From NCBI RefSeq assembly GCF_009914755.1, contig NC_060933.1: a stretch of 64,000 bases of DNA; one strand, 5' to 3'. The DNA comes from the human T2T-CHM13v2.0 reference genome, Homo sapiens. The notes below the pieces were generated by a model. The model made no database searches and was not told the origin of the DNA. It saw only the letters and a program-made list of their open reading frames with translations. Positions within the stretch are counted from its first letter, which is position 1. Every line of letters starts with the position of its first letter. Shown piece by piece: positions 1 through 13,680 of this stretch. The translations under genes and the position numbers were made by a program.

Positions 1-966
1 GACCTTTCTCAGGATTAAGGAATTAAGGCTTTTCATTTAGATGAAAAGAAAAAAGTTCAGTGCTTTCCAGATGGTAAAACGTCAGTTTCTGTCACTGGCT
101 GCCAGGAGAGTCCAAGCCCAAAGACACCTGAATTGTTCTGCACCCACTTGGTGTGATATTATTTTCTGTAGGAACGGCCCTGCAGTCAGAGAAACATCCA
201 AAGACATCTGGGCTCCCAGGAAAACACAGACAATACCACCTACTTCTCCATCAAACTTGAGGCAATGACTGGAGAAGAATGCAGACTGCAGAGCTGGGAG
301 AGAGACCCCGCCAAGAGGCAGCTCAGCCGCCAAGGTGCCAGGCGCCCCAGCCACCCCTGCTCAGTGGGGGAAACGGGAAATTGGGGCACAACATCTCAAT
401 CTCGGGTGCCTTCTGGAGATCACTGGTTGCGCCACTGGCCCTCCCAGGACCCTAGGGACTGATCCAGTTCCTGGACCCAGGATCCTGCCTACATCAGCAT
501 ATCAGGGCTGCCCACAGGGCACTGCTGCGCGGCTGTAACTGTGGTGTCTTACAGGATCTTCAGCTCACTTTGTGACCAGAAGAGCAGATAACATGCCTGA
601 AAAAATGAGAAGGCAGACAATGCTTTGGTGGGAATGGGTAGGTCTGTCATAGCAGCTGGGTCTTGGGTTGACTTTACACACGACAGCTGGGCACAAACCC
701 AGGTCTGTCTGACTCCAGCCTATACCCTGAGCCACCGTGTCCACTGTGGAGATATGGGAAGCACAGATGGAAGGGGTGGTCACTGAGGAAGAGGCCTGCG
801 GGAGGAAGCCTGCCCACAGGGGATGGAGGGAGAACTTTCTCAGGACAAGAGAGTGTCACCATTGACAGGCACTTCAGAGAAGTTGACCAGGTGGTAGACA
901 AGACATTCACCTTACACTTCATACCTACGAATTCAACTTCACACCAAGTCTGTGGGGCAGCTACTC

Positions 967-1195
967 TCATGGCTCACTGCAGCCTTAACCTCCCACACCC
1001 AAACCATCCTCCCACCTCAGCCTCCTGAGTAGCTGGGACCACAGGCACATGCCACCACACCCAGCTAATTTTTATTTTTTTGGGGAGATGGGGTTTTGCC
1101 ATGTTGCCCAGGCTTGTCTCAAACTCCTAGGATCATGATCCTCTGCCTCGGCCTCCCAGAGTGCTGGGATTACAGGCATGACCCACGCGCCCAGC
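967..1195 (-). mobile_element. Alu (AluJ-like), lacking 3' end
   Basis: Reverse-complement Alu arms (gctcactgcagcc...gtgctgggattacaggc). Confidence 0.9.
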
Positions 1196-2489
1196 TGCGT
1201 CTCTGTTTTACAGATGAGGAAACTGAGGCAAGTGAATCCACACAGGAAACAGTAGGGGAGCCGGGACCTGATGACACGGCGAATGGCTCTTAGCCACTCT
1301 GCTATGTGGTCTCTCTCTGGGATGGTCGCTGTGGGGAATGTGGTGGGAGGTCAGCCTGGGCTTAGAGAGCGGATGGGTGGGGGCCGTCCTGCCATGCTGG
1401 CAGCCCATGCATGGAGTTTACAGCCCTATGGGCTGAGGACGGAGACCTGGGGAATGGGAAGGTGGGCAGTCTTTCCAGAAGCAGTTTTCAGATTTTGACC
1501 TGAGTACACTGCAGCCCGCACAACCCTTCAGGAAGAAACAAGCTATACAGATGACAGATGACTACTCTGTGACTCCTCTAATGGCAGAAAGCCACAGACC
1601 ACTTCCAGGGCAACGCAGCGTGCCCTCAGAAAGTCAACAGGATGGCCCAGGCTTTCCTGGTTCAATTTTAGCCATAAAACTGGGTTCATGTGAGCTCCTG
1701 GGCCATGCTCACACTCAGCAGGGGCTGAGGGAGCCTTGTGCAGGAAAGGTACTGGGGCGGCGTAAGAGGAGAACAAATGATCAAATCTGTCCTGAGTTTA
1801 GTTTAGATGCTTATGAATATTCAAACAAGACCATTAAGAGAGAAGGTGGCGGTAAAAGGGTTTTCGACTGTTGGATTAAGCCTAACGACCCTCCCTGCGG
1901 CTCTCAGCTCCCAGAGCCCCGCGCCGATGCTTCTGCTTGGCGACCTGGTCAATACAGTCCAGCTGTCAGCTGAGGGAAGGGCTGCCCTCAGGGATGCCCT
2001 GGGACCGTCTGCCGCCGCTCCTTCCCTGAAGCCTGTCGCCAGCCCACTAGCGGGCTCACGCACAAATCTCTTGGGCATACCACTCATCGGAGTCATGGAC
2101 AGAACTTTGTCTTGCTACATGAAGCGGCCCATTTCCCTTTGCAAGGATGAAAGCTGTCCCCTCAGTTCTATCTGTTTGGGACACACTTGTGAGGCAGCAA
2201 CAGAACGCACAGAAACAGATGAAAATGACACCACATTCTGTCCTTACAACATAAGTTCTCCCTGTTGGAAAAAGTTAATCACCATTTAAGAGGCGGGGAG
2301 ATGGTCAGAGGGCTGAGATCTGTAAAAGACAGAAGGGCCTTCAACGACTCTGGGAGGCAGCTCCCAGCTGTGGAGTCCCTCTGAGTGTGGGGGTCTCACC
2401 TGTGCAGGGCACCGAACAGGGAATGGGACTGAGATCTGGCCTGAGGTCTTAGAACTTTTGTCACAACCATGGCCTCTTCCAGGCCTTCA

Positions 2490-2907
<418 letters not shown>

Positions 2908-3247
2908 TTAGTGGTGTGAAACACTGCAGCGGCACCACACACCCAACTAAGGTGTGCAGCACAACCTGACTCAGAGGAGGGTGACGGTTCCAATCCCTGG
3001 GGAATGATCCCATGTTGAAACAGTTTCCTTCCCTAGGAGTTGGAATGAGCGATAGGTTAGGATTTTTGAATACTATTGGGGTTGGTAGTCAATTTACGCT
3101 AGGTACTCCACGTACCCACCAACGCAATATCAGGTGTCCACCCACTTTTCAGAGAACTGAGTCTTCTAGGGCTGACTCAATCTCTTTTACTGAAAAGCAC
3201 CTGGTGGCCACCGAGTAAACAGACCTTGATCAAGTCTGCCTCAGTTA

Positions 3248-3610
<363 letters not shown>

Positions 3611-6600
3611 ATCAACTAATAAATGAACAAAGGAATGAAGAAGCAAGCGGCACCCTGCCCAGAACATGACCCACCATGCACAATCCATTTGCTCACAGCT
3701 AAAAGTTCAGACGGTGCAGAACTGAAAGGGTTACTCATCCCTCTGCAATGACTGTGGATGGAGAGCTGGACATCTGCGGGCTACTTTCATGCTGTCCCTT
3801 ACCTCTGATGAGAAAGCTGCAAAGTGTGTGTGGGTCCCTCTTGGCCTCTCTCTTGATGTCCCCTGCCTAACCTGGGTGGTACACACACTCCACCTCTCTC
3901 TCCAGCCACCCTAGCAAGACAATGCAGTGAGTAGCTGTCGGTCTGCTCTTACTCTCCCTAAATTGCTGGATGAAAATGCACAGAGTTTTGAAATGAGGGG
4001 GTTAAAGAACAAAACAGTGGCTGCCCCTGCAGAGTTTAAATGTCAGAAAAATATGAACACGCTTGAAACCTTTCCTGGCTCTTTGTGATTCTGCCCTTTC
4101 AGATGGTCACCCGCCCCCACCCCGCCCATTTCTAAGTCCCATTCTCTGAATCTACTCTGCTGGAGACTTGCTGGCTATAAAAAGCTTCTTCACCCTAGGA
4201 CCAAGTGCAAGGAGCCTCCAGGGACCACAGTAAATGATGGGAACCTGTTAGCAGCCATAGACCCATAGCAAGCTGTCCCCAGCCCTCTGCTACTTCCACA
4301 CTTGGGTAAGGGGTCTAATGAGGAAGAGTGAAAAGGGCTTGCTGATGGCATGAACATCTGCAGACAAAAGGAAGGCAGAATTTTGCTTCCTGTGGTGGGA
4401 TTTGCTACAGAAGCTCAGGTGCTCAGGCTGTAAGCCAGCGGGTCAGGCACGGGCCTGAGAGAATGTGACAAGGGCATGCTTCCATTCTCCTACCTCCTGA
4501 CATTGTTTGCCAGAAATAAAAAGGTGAGTGTTAGCTTGGTTTGGCTCTGCAAGGCAATCCCCCTACCCTGTCACACTGAAGGAGACCTCAGGGTGGGCAC
4601 GGGTGGGGGGCGTGGCTTCCTGCTTTCCGAGTTCTGCTTTCCCTCGTTCTGGGCTGGCCACAGCTGCTTCTTGTGGGCAAGAAAACAGGCCTAACACAGT
4701 GACTGCAACCACATAATGAAGGCCTAGGAGAGGGAGCTCTGCGGTTCTACCTCAGCTAGAGCAGGAGGAGAATTCCTCCATTAATGCCATGTGAGCTGCT
4801 GCTGGTGGCCCAGAACTCCCATCTCAGAGGTGGGCATAGCTGTGGCACCTCCCACCACTGTCAGGACATCTGGGTACTATCTTCAGCCTGAGCAATCTCC
4901 TCTTCTTGATGACCAAGGAGCATCCTCCAGCATGTCATGCTGCTCCCCAATGCACTTCATGCCACTGCTGCAGGCTGAGCTTTTCTGGATGATGCTGGGA
5001 ACGAACCCCACCCTCGCCAGTCGACTTGGCTGGGTGCAAACAGGCAGAGCAGGTGGAAGATGTCTGCCGCAGTGCTCCCAAACAGCGTCTTTCTGGGAAA
5101 CACTACAAGCAACATCAGTCATGACACCCCATATATAAGTGGGTGGACAGGAGGAAAATAGAATCTTGAGGAATAGCAAATCCTAAAAAGCGGAGTTTAG
5201 AAACGTTGCCACCGAATCCTTCTCTTTTGGTGATTTAGGTTTGAAATACTTAACGTCACCCCATAAACTGTGCCAGGTCTCTGAATCTGCAAAGGACAAC
5301 GTGGTCCCACCTCTGCACGTAGTGCAGGGCCTGGCAGTGGCACAGGGAGGTCTACCTGCTGGCCACTGAGATGAACACGACGAAATAGGCACGCCAGTCA
5401 CCGCCCTGGGATGGAGGCTACACCGCGCATGCTTCGTGCTTTCTACCGCCATCTCCCACAAGCTCAGTGATACAGAAACAGGCTTTTTTTTTTTCTAACA
5501 AGATCCCAAACTCATTCTGTGTGATGATGATTAGTTGAAGGCTTTATTGATAAAGGATTAAGCTTAATTCTGTACATTATTTTCCAATATGTTTCCTTCA
5601 TTTGACAGCAAATGGAAGACATTTTAGTTAGGAAGAGAGAGGACTCACTAATTTAATTCTTACTTGTCCCTGAAAAAAAAGGACTTCAATGTTATCTGCC
5701 TTTAGTTGTAATCAGAAGGCACTACCACCTCTCCCAATTGTGGTTCTTTAATCTGGTACAGGTCAATATCAGAGGTTAAGTCCACTTAGTTAATAATAGG
5801 TGAAAGGAGCGATGATAAAGGAATCTCAGAAAGGCTTCTGCACAAATACACATGATATGCCACTCACCAGTGAGATAAAATTCCCATCCCTTAGAATTCA
5901 TCAATTTTTACTACTTGAAACGTGTTACACAGACTGGAAGGAAGGAATTGGCGGATGCTCCTAAATCTCTCCAACTAGACTAATATCAAATTTTAAACAC
6001 TTCTGCTTCAGAGTGTGTTTGTAATTTTAAATAAATACAAAGAGTGCCTGGCAGGTTATTTTCAAGGGAGGTAGGATAAAAATACAGTACTGTCTTTCTA
6101 AATCTATGCTTCACCAAATCTGTGTTTTATACATTTTACAACTTCCTAATACACTTTCTGCTTGCATTAAAAAATACTTAATACTACAAGAACATTAAAA
6201 AAAAAAAACATGCAAAAGTGAGCATGTGCAAGCCCCTCCCTCATCAAGGGTATTGGAATGGAAATGGACCATTGTTAAATACCAAGTTACAAGCTGCAAT
6301 GCTTACAGCCCTCAAGAAGTCATCATTGGCCTTTTGTGGAGACTGGAGGAGGGAACTCATTGCAATACCACAGAGGACATGAAGATAAGGACCAGATTGA
6401 GGGGAAAAGCTGACCATTTTAATGTTCTTCACTATTAAAGCAAAGCAAGACAAGGATAATGAGCAGCATTCTTTCTCCTCAGAATATTTTTCAACCAGCC
6501 ACTGGGGGAAAAATGACAAGGACAGTCAGCACGGAAAACGTTAGCATTGAAGGCTGAGACTTTTTGCATGCGAAACAAGTAAATACCTCTGGTATGGTGA

Positions 6601-6714
6601 CTTAGGTAAGAACACTAAGATGAGAAATGTGCTTCCCTGCACTAAAGCCTGTGCGTAACCACACCCTTCCTTCCTTTATGCTTCAGACCCAGGGACCAGG
6701 GAGGAAGAGAGAGT

Positions 6715-6760
6715 GGGAGGAAGGGAGGGAAGGAAGGAGGGAGGGAGGAAAGGAGGGAGG
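6715..6760 (+). repeat. (GGAA/GGGA)n low-complexity repeat
   Basis: Directly visible. Confidence 0.85.
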
Positions 6761-6827
6761 CTATTTTCTTCATTACATTTCCAGGGAGCTCAGTTGGGTA
6801 AAGGGTGTTAGAAGAATCAAGCTATGA

Positions 6828-7086
6828 TTTTCTTTGTTAAAACTTTATTTTAGAGCAGTTTTAGATTTACAGAAAAGCTGCAAAGATGCAATAGACAGTT
6901 CCCATGTCCCTCACCCCGTTTCCCCATTGTTAACATCTTCCATTACTACGGTACATTTGTCACAACAAAGAAACCAACACTGGTTACTCACTAATAACTG
7001 AACTCCAACCTTTATTTGGATTTCACCAGTTTTTCCATTAGTAACCCCTCCCTCCCTCCTTCCCTCCCTCCCTTCCTTCTTCTTCT

Positions 7087-7120
<34 letters not shown>

Positions 7121-7415
7121 ATGTAGTCTTGCTCTGTCACCCAGGCTGGAGTGCAGTGGCTCACTGCAACCTCCCGCGTAGCTGGGATTACAGGCGCCCG
7201 CCACCACGCCTGGCTGATTTGTGTATTTTTAGTAGAGACAGGGTTTCACCATGTTGGCCAGGCTGGTCTCGAACTCCTGACCTTGTAATCCACCCACCTG
7301 AGCCTCCCAAAGTGCTGGGATTACAGGCATGAGCCACCGCACCCGGCCCCATTAGTAACCTCTTTCTGTTTCAGGATCCAATCCAGGGTAGCACATTGCA
7401 TTTAGCTGTGATCAG
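6828..7415 (-). mobile_element. Old L1M (L1MC/MD-type) 3' fragment, interrupted by an Alu
   Basis: tttagagcagttttagatttacagaaaa...cattgttaacatctt resembles L1M 3' UTRs. Confidence 0.65.
7047..7348 (-). mobile_element. AluS with two internal deletions and a compound tail
   Basis: TSD ccattagtaacc at 7035-7046 and 7349-7360. Confidence 0.93.
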
Positions 7416-7634
7416 ATCATGAATCTGTAATGCTTATATAGGTTCCCTAAATGTGTGGTTTTCAGCCTCAGACTACTCCCCTAATCCTAGACGCCTGTCC
7501 TCTGCCTAGCCCTTATCACCAAAAAGGGGCCCAGGGGGCACTGTGGATTATGTACAGTAAACACCTCTAGAGGGTGGTCCATGACGCCCCTCTGATCCAC
7601 TAAGTCCTATGCTCACTGCTCAATGCACACCAGA

Positions 7635-7770
7635 TTTTCTTGTGGGGTAAGGAAATGTTTTAGAACCAGACAGAGGTAGCGGATGTACACTATTGTGAAG
7701 GCACATCAAGCCAAGGAGCATTCACTTTAAAACGGTTAATTTCAAGTTATGTGAATTTCACCTTGATCTA
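7635..7770 (+). mobile_element. L1MB/MC-type 3' end fragment
   Basis: gaaatgttttagaac...cactttaaaacggttaatt...tatgtgaatttcacct matches old L1 3' termini. Confidence 0.6.
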
Positions 7771-8205
7771 CAAAAGAGTCCTGTGCTTCCTGGCACACTG
7801 TGGACACAACCATTCTTCATCGTGGGGATAACTCGGACCAAGCTTTCAAAATCACATCCCCCTCTGTGTAAATCCCGTCAGTGGTTTCTCACTGAATTAA
7901 GGATAAAATCCGAATTCTGCACCAGGGCCTAGAGGCACCTCCCTGACCTGAGCCCTGCCTTCTACCTCCACTTCATCCCCACTTCACGGGGCTGGCTCCT
8001 CCTTCTCACACTGCCTGCCTCAGTTTCCCCTACAAAGGCTTCCTCTGACTAGCCTAATCAGAAGGAGGCCCCCTTGTGTTTCCTGGCCACAGCCCCCAGT
8101 TAATCACCTGGAGTCATTTGTTAGGCTTCCTTGCCTGTTGGAGTTTCCTCTGTGGCCCTGGCACCTAACAGTGCCTGGCACAGAGCAAAGGGGCTCAGTG
8201 GATAC

Positions 8206-8473
<268 letters not shown>

Positions 8474-8977
8474 AGTGGACACCTGTTGTTGAGCTGGATG
8501 AGGGAATGAATGAGATGATGGCCAACTCTCTTATTTCACTACTGGATGAGACCAGAGACAGAAGATGGATGAGAACAGAAGAAGCCGGCTGCTGCCCTGC
8601 AGGGAGCTGGCCCTGAGTACTGTGGGGACTGGTGGGGGTGTGGCGGTGGGGACAGAATCCTCATCAGCCACAGGGCCTGAGTTAGTCCAGGGAAGGGGCC
8701 CTGCACTGTCAGGAGCTGGGGAAATGAATTTTCTCTGGTCACTTTTCATTTCGTCTGACATTTCCCATAACAGTTTTTCATAAGGAAGCCCAATATCTGA
8801 AAAAGATACAGTGTCCCCAGAGCACAAAGTGGGGAAGGGGCAGGGTGAGGGAGTGCCAGCCTGCTTCCCTTGGCCCATCCCTTGGGCACCAGTGGAGACC
8901 GCTAGGGCTCTGAGAAACCGAGTTTTAAAACTAGGTTTTCAGAATACAGTTTTTGGAACATCTCAAAAACCTATGGT

Positions 8978-9260
8978 TTTCCTAAGGTATAATTTACATA
9001 CAATATGACTGCCCCTTTGTAGTAATATAGTCCTGAGTTTTGACAAACATGTACGGCTGTGTAACACCGCCACAATTAAGATACAGAATATTCCCACCAC
9101 CCCACACTCCCTTGTGCCCCTTTGGGGCCAAGTCCCTGTACCCACCCTTAGGCAACCACGGATCTGATTTCTGTCCCTAAGGTTTTGTTTTTTTCCAGAA
9201 TGTCATACATATGGAATCAGACAGTGAGCATCCTTTTCTGTCTGGCTTTTTTCACTTTTT
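8978..9260 (-). mobile_element. Old L1M (L1MD/ME-type) 3' fragment
   Basis: gtataatttacatacaata...ttttgacaaa...tgtaacaccgccacaattaagatacagaatatt. Confidence 0.65.
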
Positions 9261-9352
9261 CAAAAGCCTCTGATTTGAGACCAATGTTTAAACCTCAAAG
9301 CATTCACGTTTTCCTAATGCCGCTTGAGTAAGAAGCAAAAAGTAAAACTTAC

Positions 9353-9394
9353 CTTCTGGAATACTTGATAGTTGGATTTGGACCATATATCAAG
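9353..9394 (-). CDS. MED27: MED27 internal coding exon, 42 nt (probably exon 6): LDIWSKSNYQVFQK
   Basis: Minus strand reads ttctctcctttcccctcag|CTTGATATATGG...TTCCAGAAG|gtaagt. It continues the MED27 sequence ...TEDGK-LDIWSKSNYQVFQK. Too short to appear in the ORF track. Confidence 0.96.
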
Positions 9395-9813
9395 CTGAGG
9401 GGAAAGGAGAGAAGGATCATCAGCATCGGTCTTAGAATTCGGGACTTCAAGAAATAATATTGTAACTACTGTTAACCCTTCTTAAACTTGAAAAAAAAAT
9501 CTGATTATAGAATAATAGGATCTCAGGGTTGAAAAGGATCTTAAATGTCTGACTTAATTTCTTCTTTATCCATTTGTAGGCAAGTTAAGAAAAGTCAATG
9601 AAGGAATACAGCAAGTCACCTTGAGGCACCTGCTGCTTCCAAGGCTCCTGCAAGCTGAGCCCCTGGCTCACTTTCAACTTTGATTCTCACCACGGCTCTT
9701 GCATGTCTCAATGCCAAGGTCAATGCTGCCTCAGGCCCTTTGCACTTGCTGTGCCCTTTGCCTGAATTGTTTTTCCCATAAACCCCCATGTGGCTCTTCT
9801 TATACTCCCTTGA

Positions 9814-10202
<389 letters not shown>

Positions 10203-10616
10203 CTCTTTACCATTTCAAAATTTAAAGTTTTCATAATATTTAAAACTGCCTGAAGCTCTATTATTTCTTTGTTTACTTGTTTCCTGCCTGACTTGCCCAC
10301 AGGATGGAAGTTCAGTGAGGACAGGAGGCTTGCCTTCCTTCCCACTGCCTCTCCAGGTCCAGAAATGGGGTCTGGCATGTTGTGGGCATCAGTAGGTCTT
10401 TTCTGAGTGGAGGAAAGCTGGCAGCATCCAGCTGCTGAGCACCTGTTCCATGCCAGGCACTGCACTAGGCCCTCCACACACACTCATGTAATCCCCAGAA
10501 CTGGCCCATGTGACTGGCCCCATCACAGTCTTATTCTCCAGATGGGGAAACAATAGCTCAGAGCCTTTCATGAGCCCAAGGCTATCTGGCGAGGCATCTT
10601 ACAGATGGCCTCATCT

Positions 10617-10815
10617 GGTGGTGCTCAAATCCTGGCTGAGCATCAGAAGCCCCCGGGGGAAGGTTTTTGTTTTTTGATATACAGATTGCTCAGTTCCTCC
10701 CCTAGAGTATTGAATCAATGGCTGGAGCGGGCCCAAGAGCCTGTTCCATTGTTTGTTTTGTAGCCCTGCTCCCAAGGGTAACTGACGCCCGGCTGGTCAA
10801 GAGCCCCTGTTCTAG
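10617..10815. mobile_element. MER5-like hAT-Charlie relic
   Basis: gtggtgctcaaatcctggctg...catcagaa...acagattgct...gggcccaaga resembles MER5A. Confidence 0.5.
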
Positions 10816-13529
10816 GGCACCCCTACTTGACGAATGAGGAAGCTGGAGGAGGTGTGAGTTGGCATGTGGGTAGGGCTCACAGTAAACCCAGTCCAGTCCT
10901 CCTCTGGTCACACTTGGTCACACACAGGGTACTTCAGTAGCTCATTCTAACCAAAAACATTTTGGTTTTTACTGGTTTGCATGATATACCAAATCAATCC
11001 CTTCTATTTCAACAAATCAATGCCTTCTGTTTCAAGAGTTTAGAACAAATTAAGTATGGCAAAAATAGAACTACCCACAATACAGTGCTGACAGAGACGG
11101 CTCAAGGGCAATGAGGAAACGAGAAAGCCATCACTGTGTCCCATAGGTGCTAAAAAGTTGACTTTAATATATGAATTCAAGAGTTGAGTGAATGGAACAC
11201 CTGGTCAATGGGCCTCTGGGAACCTGCCTTGGGGGTTGGCCAGCGGTCAGGTAGAGCCCTGGGCCATGGCGGTTTAGGCCTGTGTGGTGTGTGATTGATT
11301 TTGGAACACCAGAAAGCATTGGGAAGCCATTGGACAGGAAAAGTCCTTTAAGAAGACAGGACAGGATGTGTTGCATTTGACCCAGGACACTTCAGAGCTC
11401 TGTGTCTATTCTGCGGAATACACTGAAACCTGGCTTTCTGAAAACAGTGCTTGGAAATTAAAAGCAGGGCTGTGAACAGGCATATACATTTAGTTCTCCT
11501 GGCTTTTCCCTGTTCACAATTAGTTTCATGAAAATTTCACTGTGTTTGAAAACTTTTAGGACAGTAGAGAAGGTTAAGATGATTCTGAGGAGGCCACTCT
11601 GTACTTCCGCAGGAGAGGAACTCCATGAGTTCAGCTCATCGAACTCCATGACAAATCATGGAGGAGCTTTCACTGATCAAGCATTCATTCAATAGGAAAA
11701 ATGAACCTCAATCACCCACTTCTCCCTACCCCCACTGCCTGCACCATCTCCTTCTTGCATTGCCACAAAAACCCTCAACAGATCATCCTCCTTCTACTCT
11801 GGCTAAACTGCTCTTCAGAAAGGTGGTGTCAATTGCCAGTCAGTGCCCCCCACTGAAACCACTGGATGGAGTAAGAATTTTAAAGATCTTCCAGTGCTGG
11901 AATTATAATGTGACAGCTCAACAATTTGCAAGGGGAAAAGTGACATGTTACCTCCAGATAACTCTGAGGGAAACCTCAAAAGAAACATATGAAATTAATT
12001 CCCCACATTATCAATTCTGTTGAAGAAAACTACTGTTGGGCAGCTGGTCATATTTGGGAGGATAAATCGGGTTCGTATTACTTTCTCAGTGCCGCAGTTT
12101 AGCACAGGGCTTAACAAATGCAGCATTTAAAGATTATTCAGGGGTTGCAGGATGAATAAGAATGACTTTTGCATCGTTTAGTTGTACCAAAATTACTGCC
12201 AAGATGACAGAGAGAAGCCAAAGATTCCAAATCTCAGTTTTAGGAAGAGGAACACCGATGTCTGAACTTGGAACTAATATAGTTCTCCTTCCATTTTGAG
12301 CCCACAGCTGTTTCTTCTGAACTTCTTCACTGTTTACCCTTCCTGCCTGCTTACATCATACATAAGCAGACCAAGACATAAACACAGAGCCAAGAAAAAC
12401 AGAAAAGAAGAATCTGCTACATTAAAAAGTTATAGTTTTTATTTAAAAGTTAAACATATTTAAAAATCCTTCAGTATCTGCAAAATGTCTTAATTTAAAA
12501 AAATCTAGAGAAAAATATGCATTGGTTTAATGAAAACATGGCCTCTCCAGCCTCATTGTGGATTCTCAAAACACACCACATTTATTCAAAGTGAGGATGA
12601 TGCTCTTTTTAAAAGGTTTAAATATATTATTCAGGACCCTAGGGAAAAGCTCCTACCATCTGGGACAGAAGGACCTTAGATAATACGGTCTATTTACCTG
12701 GCGCGCATGGGTGAAAAAGGGACCCCTTAACCATAGGGCCCTCTTTTGCTAGGAGTGCACAGCAGGTGGTTCGTACTTGATTTTCTGCTAGATTTATGCC
12801 AAAGAAAGCCAGAAATGAGCATTCTGGAGTCAATGCCCTGCCTCTCCTCAGGGCCAGGAAGATTTCAGAAATTCATTTCAGGGAGCCAGGACTGATCCAA
12901 GTGAATATTTATTAGCTTCAGCTTATTTACTGCAGAGGCAGACATGGCTACCAATTCTTTGCTGGCTGCAATATTCAAAAAAGGAGCATTCTGGAAGCTG
13001 CAAACCTTCAACCTGATGAACAAGAAATTATTCTGAACTATAGTGTCAGGAAAAAGAAAGCGAAGCACCCTTCAGTATTCTGAGCAAGCATAAGAAAGAT
13101 CTGAAAACACAAAAGTCAACCTTGTGGTAATTGGTGGCTGAGTCTGCAGTCTCAGGAGCAGCCTCCTGGCCTCTGGGGATTGCAGTAAGTATTTTAAGGG
13201 TGGGGTGTGGTCTGTTCTCAGGTGAAATGAAAACAAACCTTGCAGATGACCAATTGCTTCAGCACAGACACGTCTGTTCTCAGGGCAAACACCAAGACAT
13301 CAAAAGACCTCTTGACACACAGGAAGAACTGGTGAAAATGGTGACAAATCAAATTTATTCACTGACAAGAACAATCAGAGCGACCCAGTATCAGCAGGCA
13401 GGTGATTCTGTCTGCAATGCTGACCACCACCACCACCTCCATCACAACCAGCAAGGGCGGATGCCATTTACTGATGAAGATGACGCATTCGGCCTGCTCT
13501 TTACCTGCGTTACTTTTAAAATCCTTTTG

Positions 13530-13680
13530 GCAATAACATGAGGTTGATAAAACCATTTCCAATTCACAGATGAGGACGCTGAGGCTCAGAGAAGTTAGGT
13601 GACTTGTCCACCATTGCATAGTTAATGCGAGGTGGGGGAATTTGAAACCAGGTCTGTGTGCAGAGGCCCAGCTCTTACCC
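13530..13680 (-). mobile_element. MIR
   Basis: Core cagatgaggacgctgaggctcagagaagttaggtgacttgtcc. Confidence 0.75.

Noticed and set aside
1551-2289. Overlapping 140-aa and 160-aa ORFs
   Set aside because: No recognisable homology or exon structure; explained by local GC richness.
13131-13541. 136-aa ORF with a His run
   Set aside because: Non-ATG start, His run comes from a short CAC repeat, the ORF ends in a MIR, and no family is recognised.
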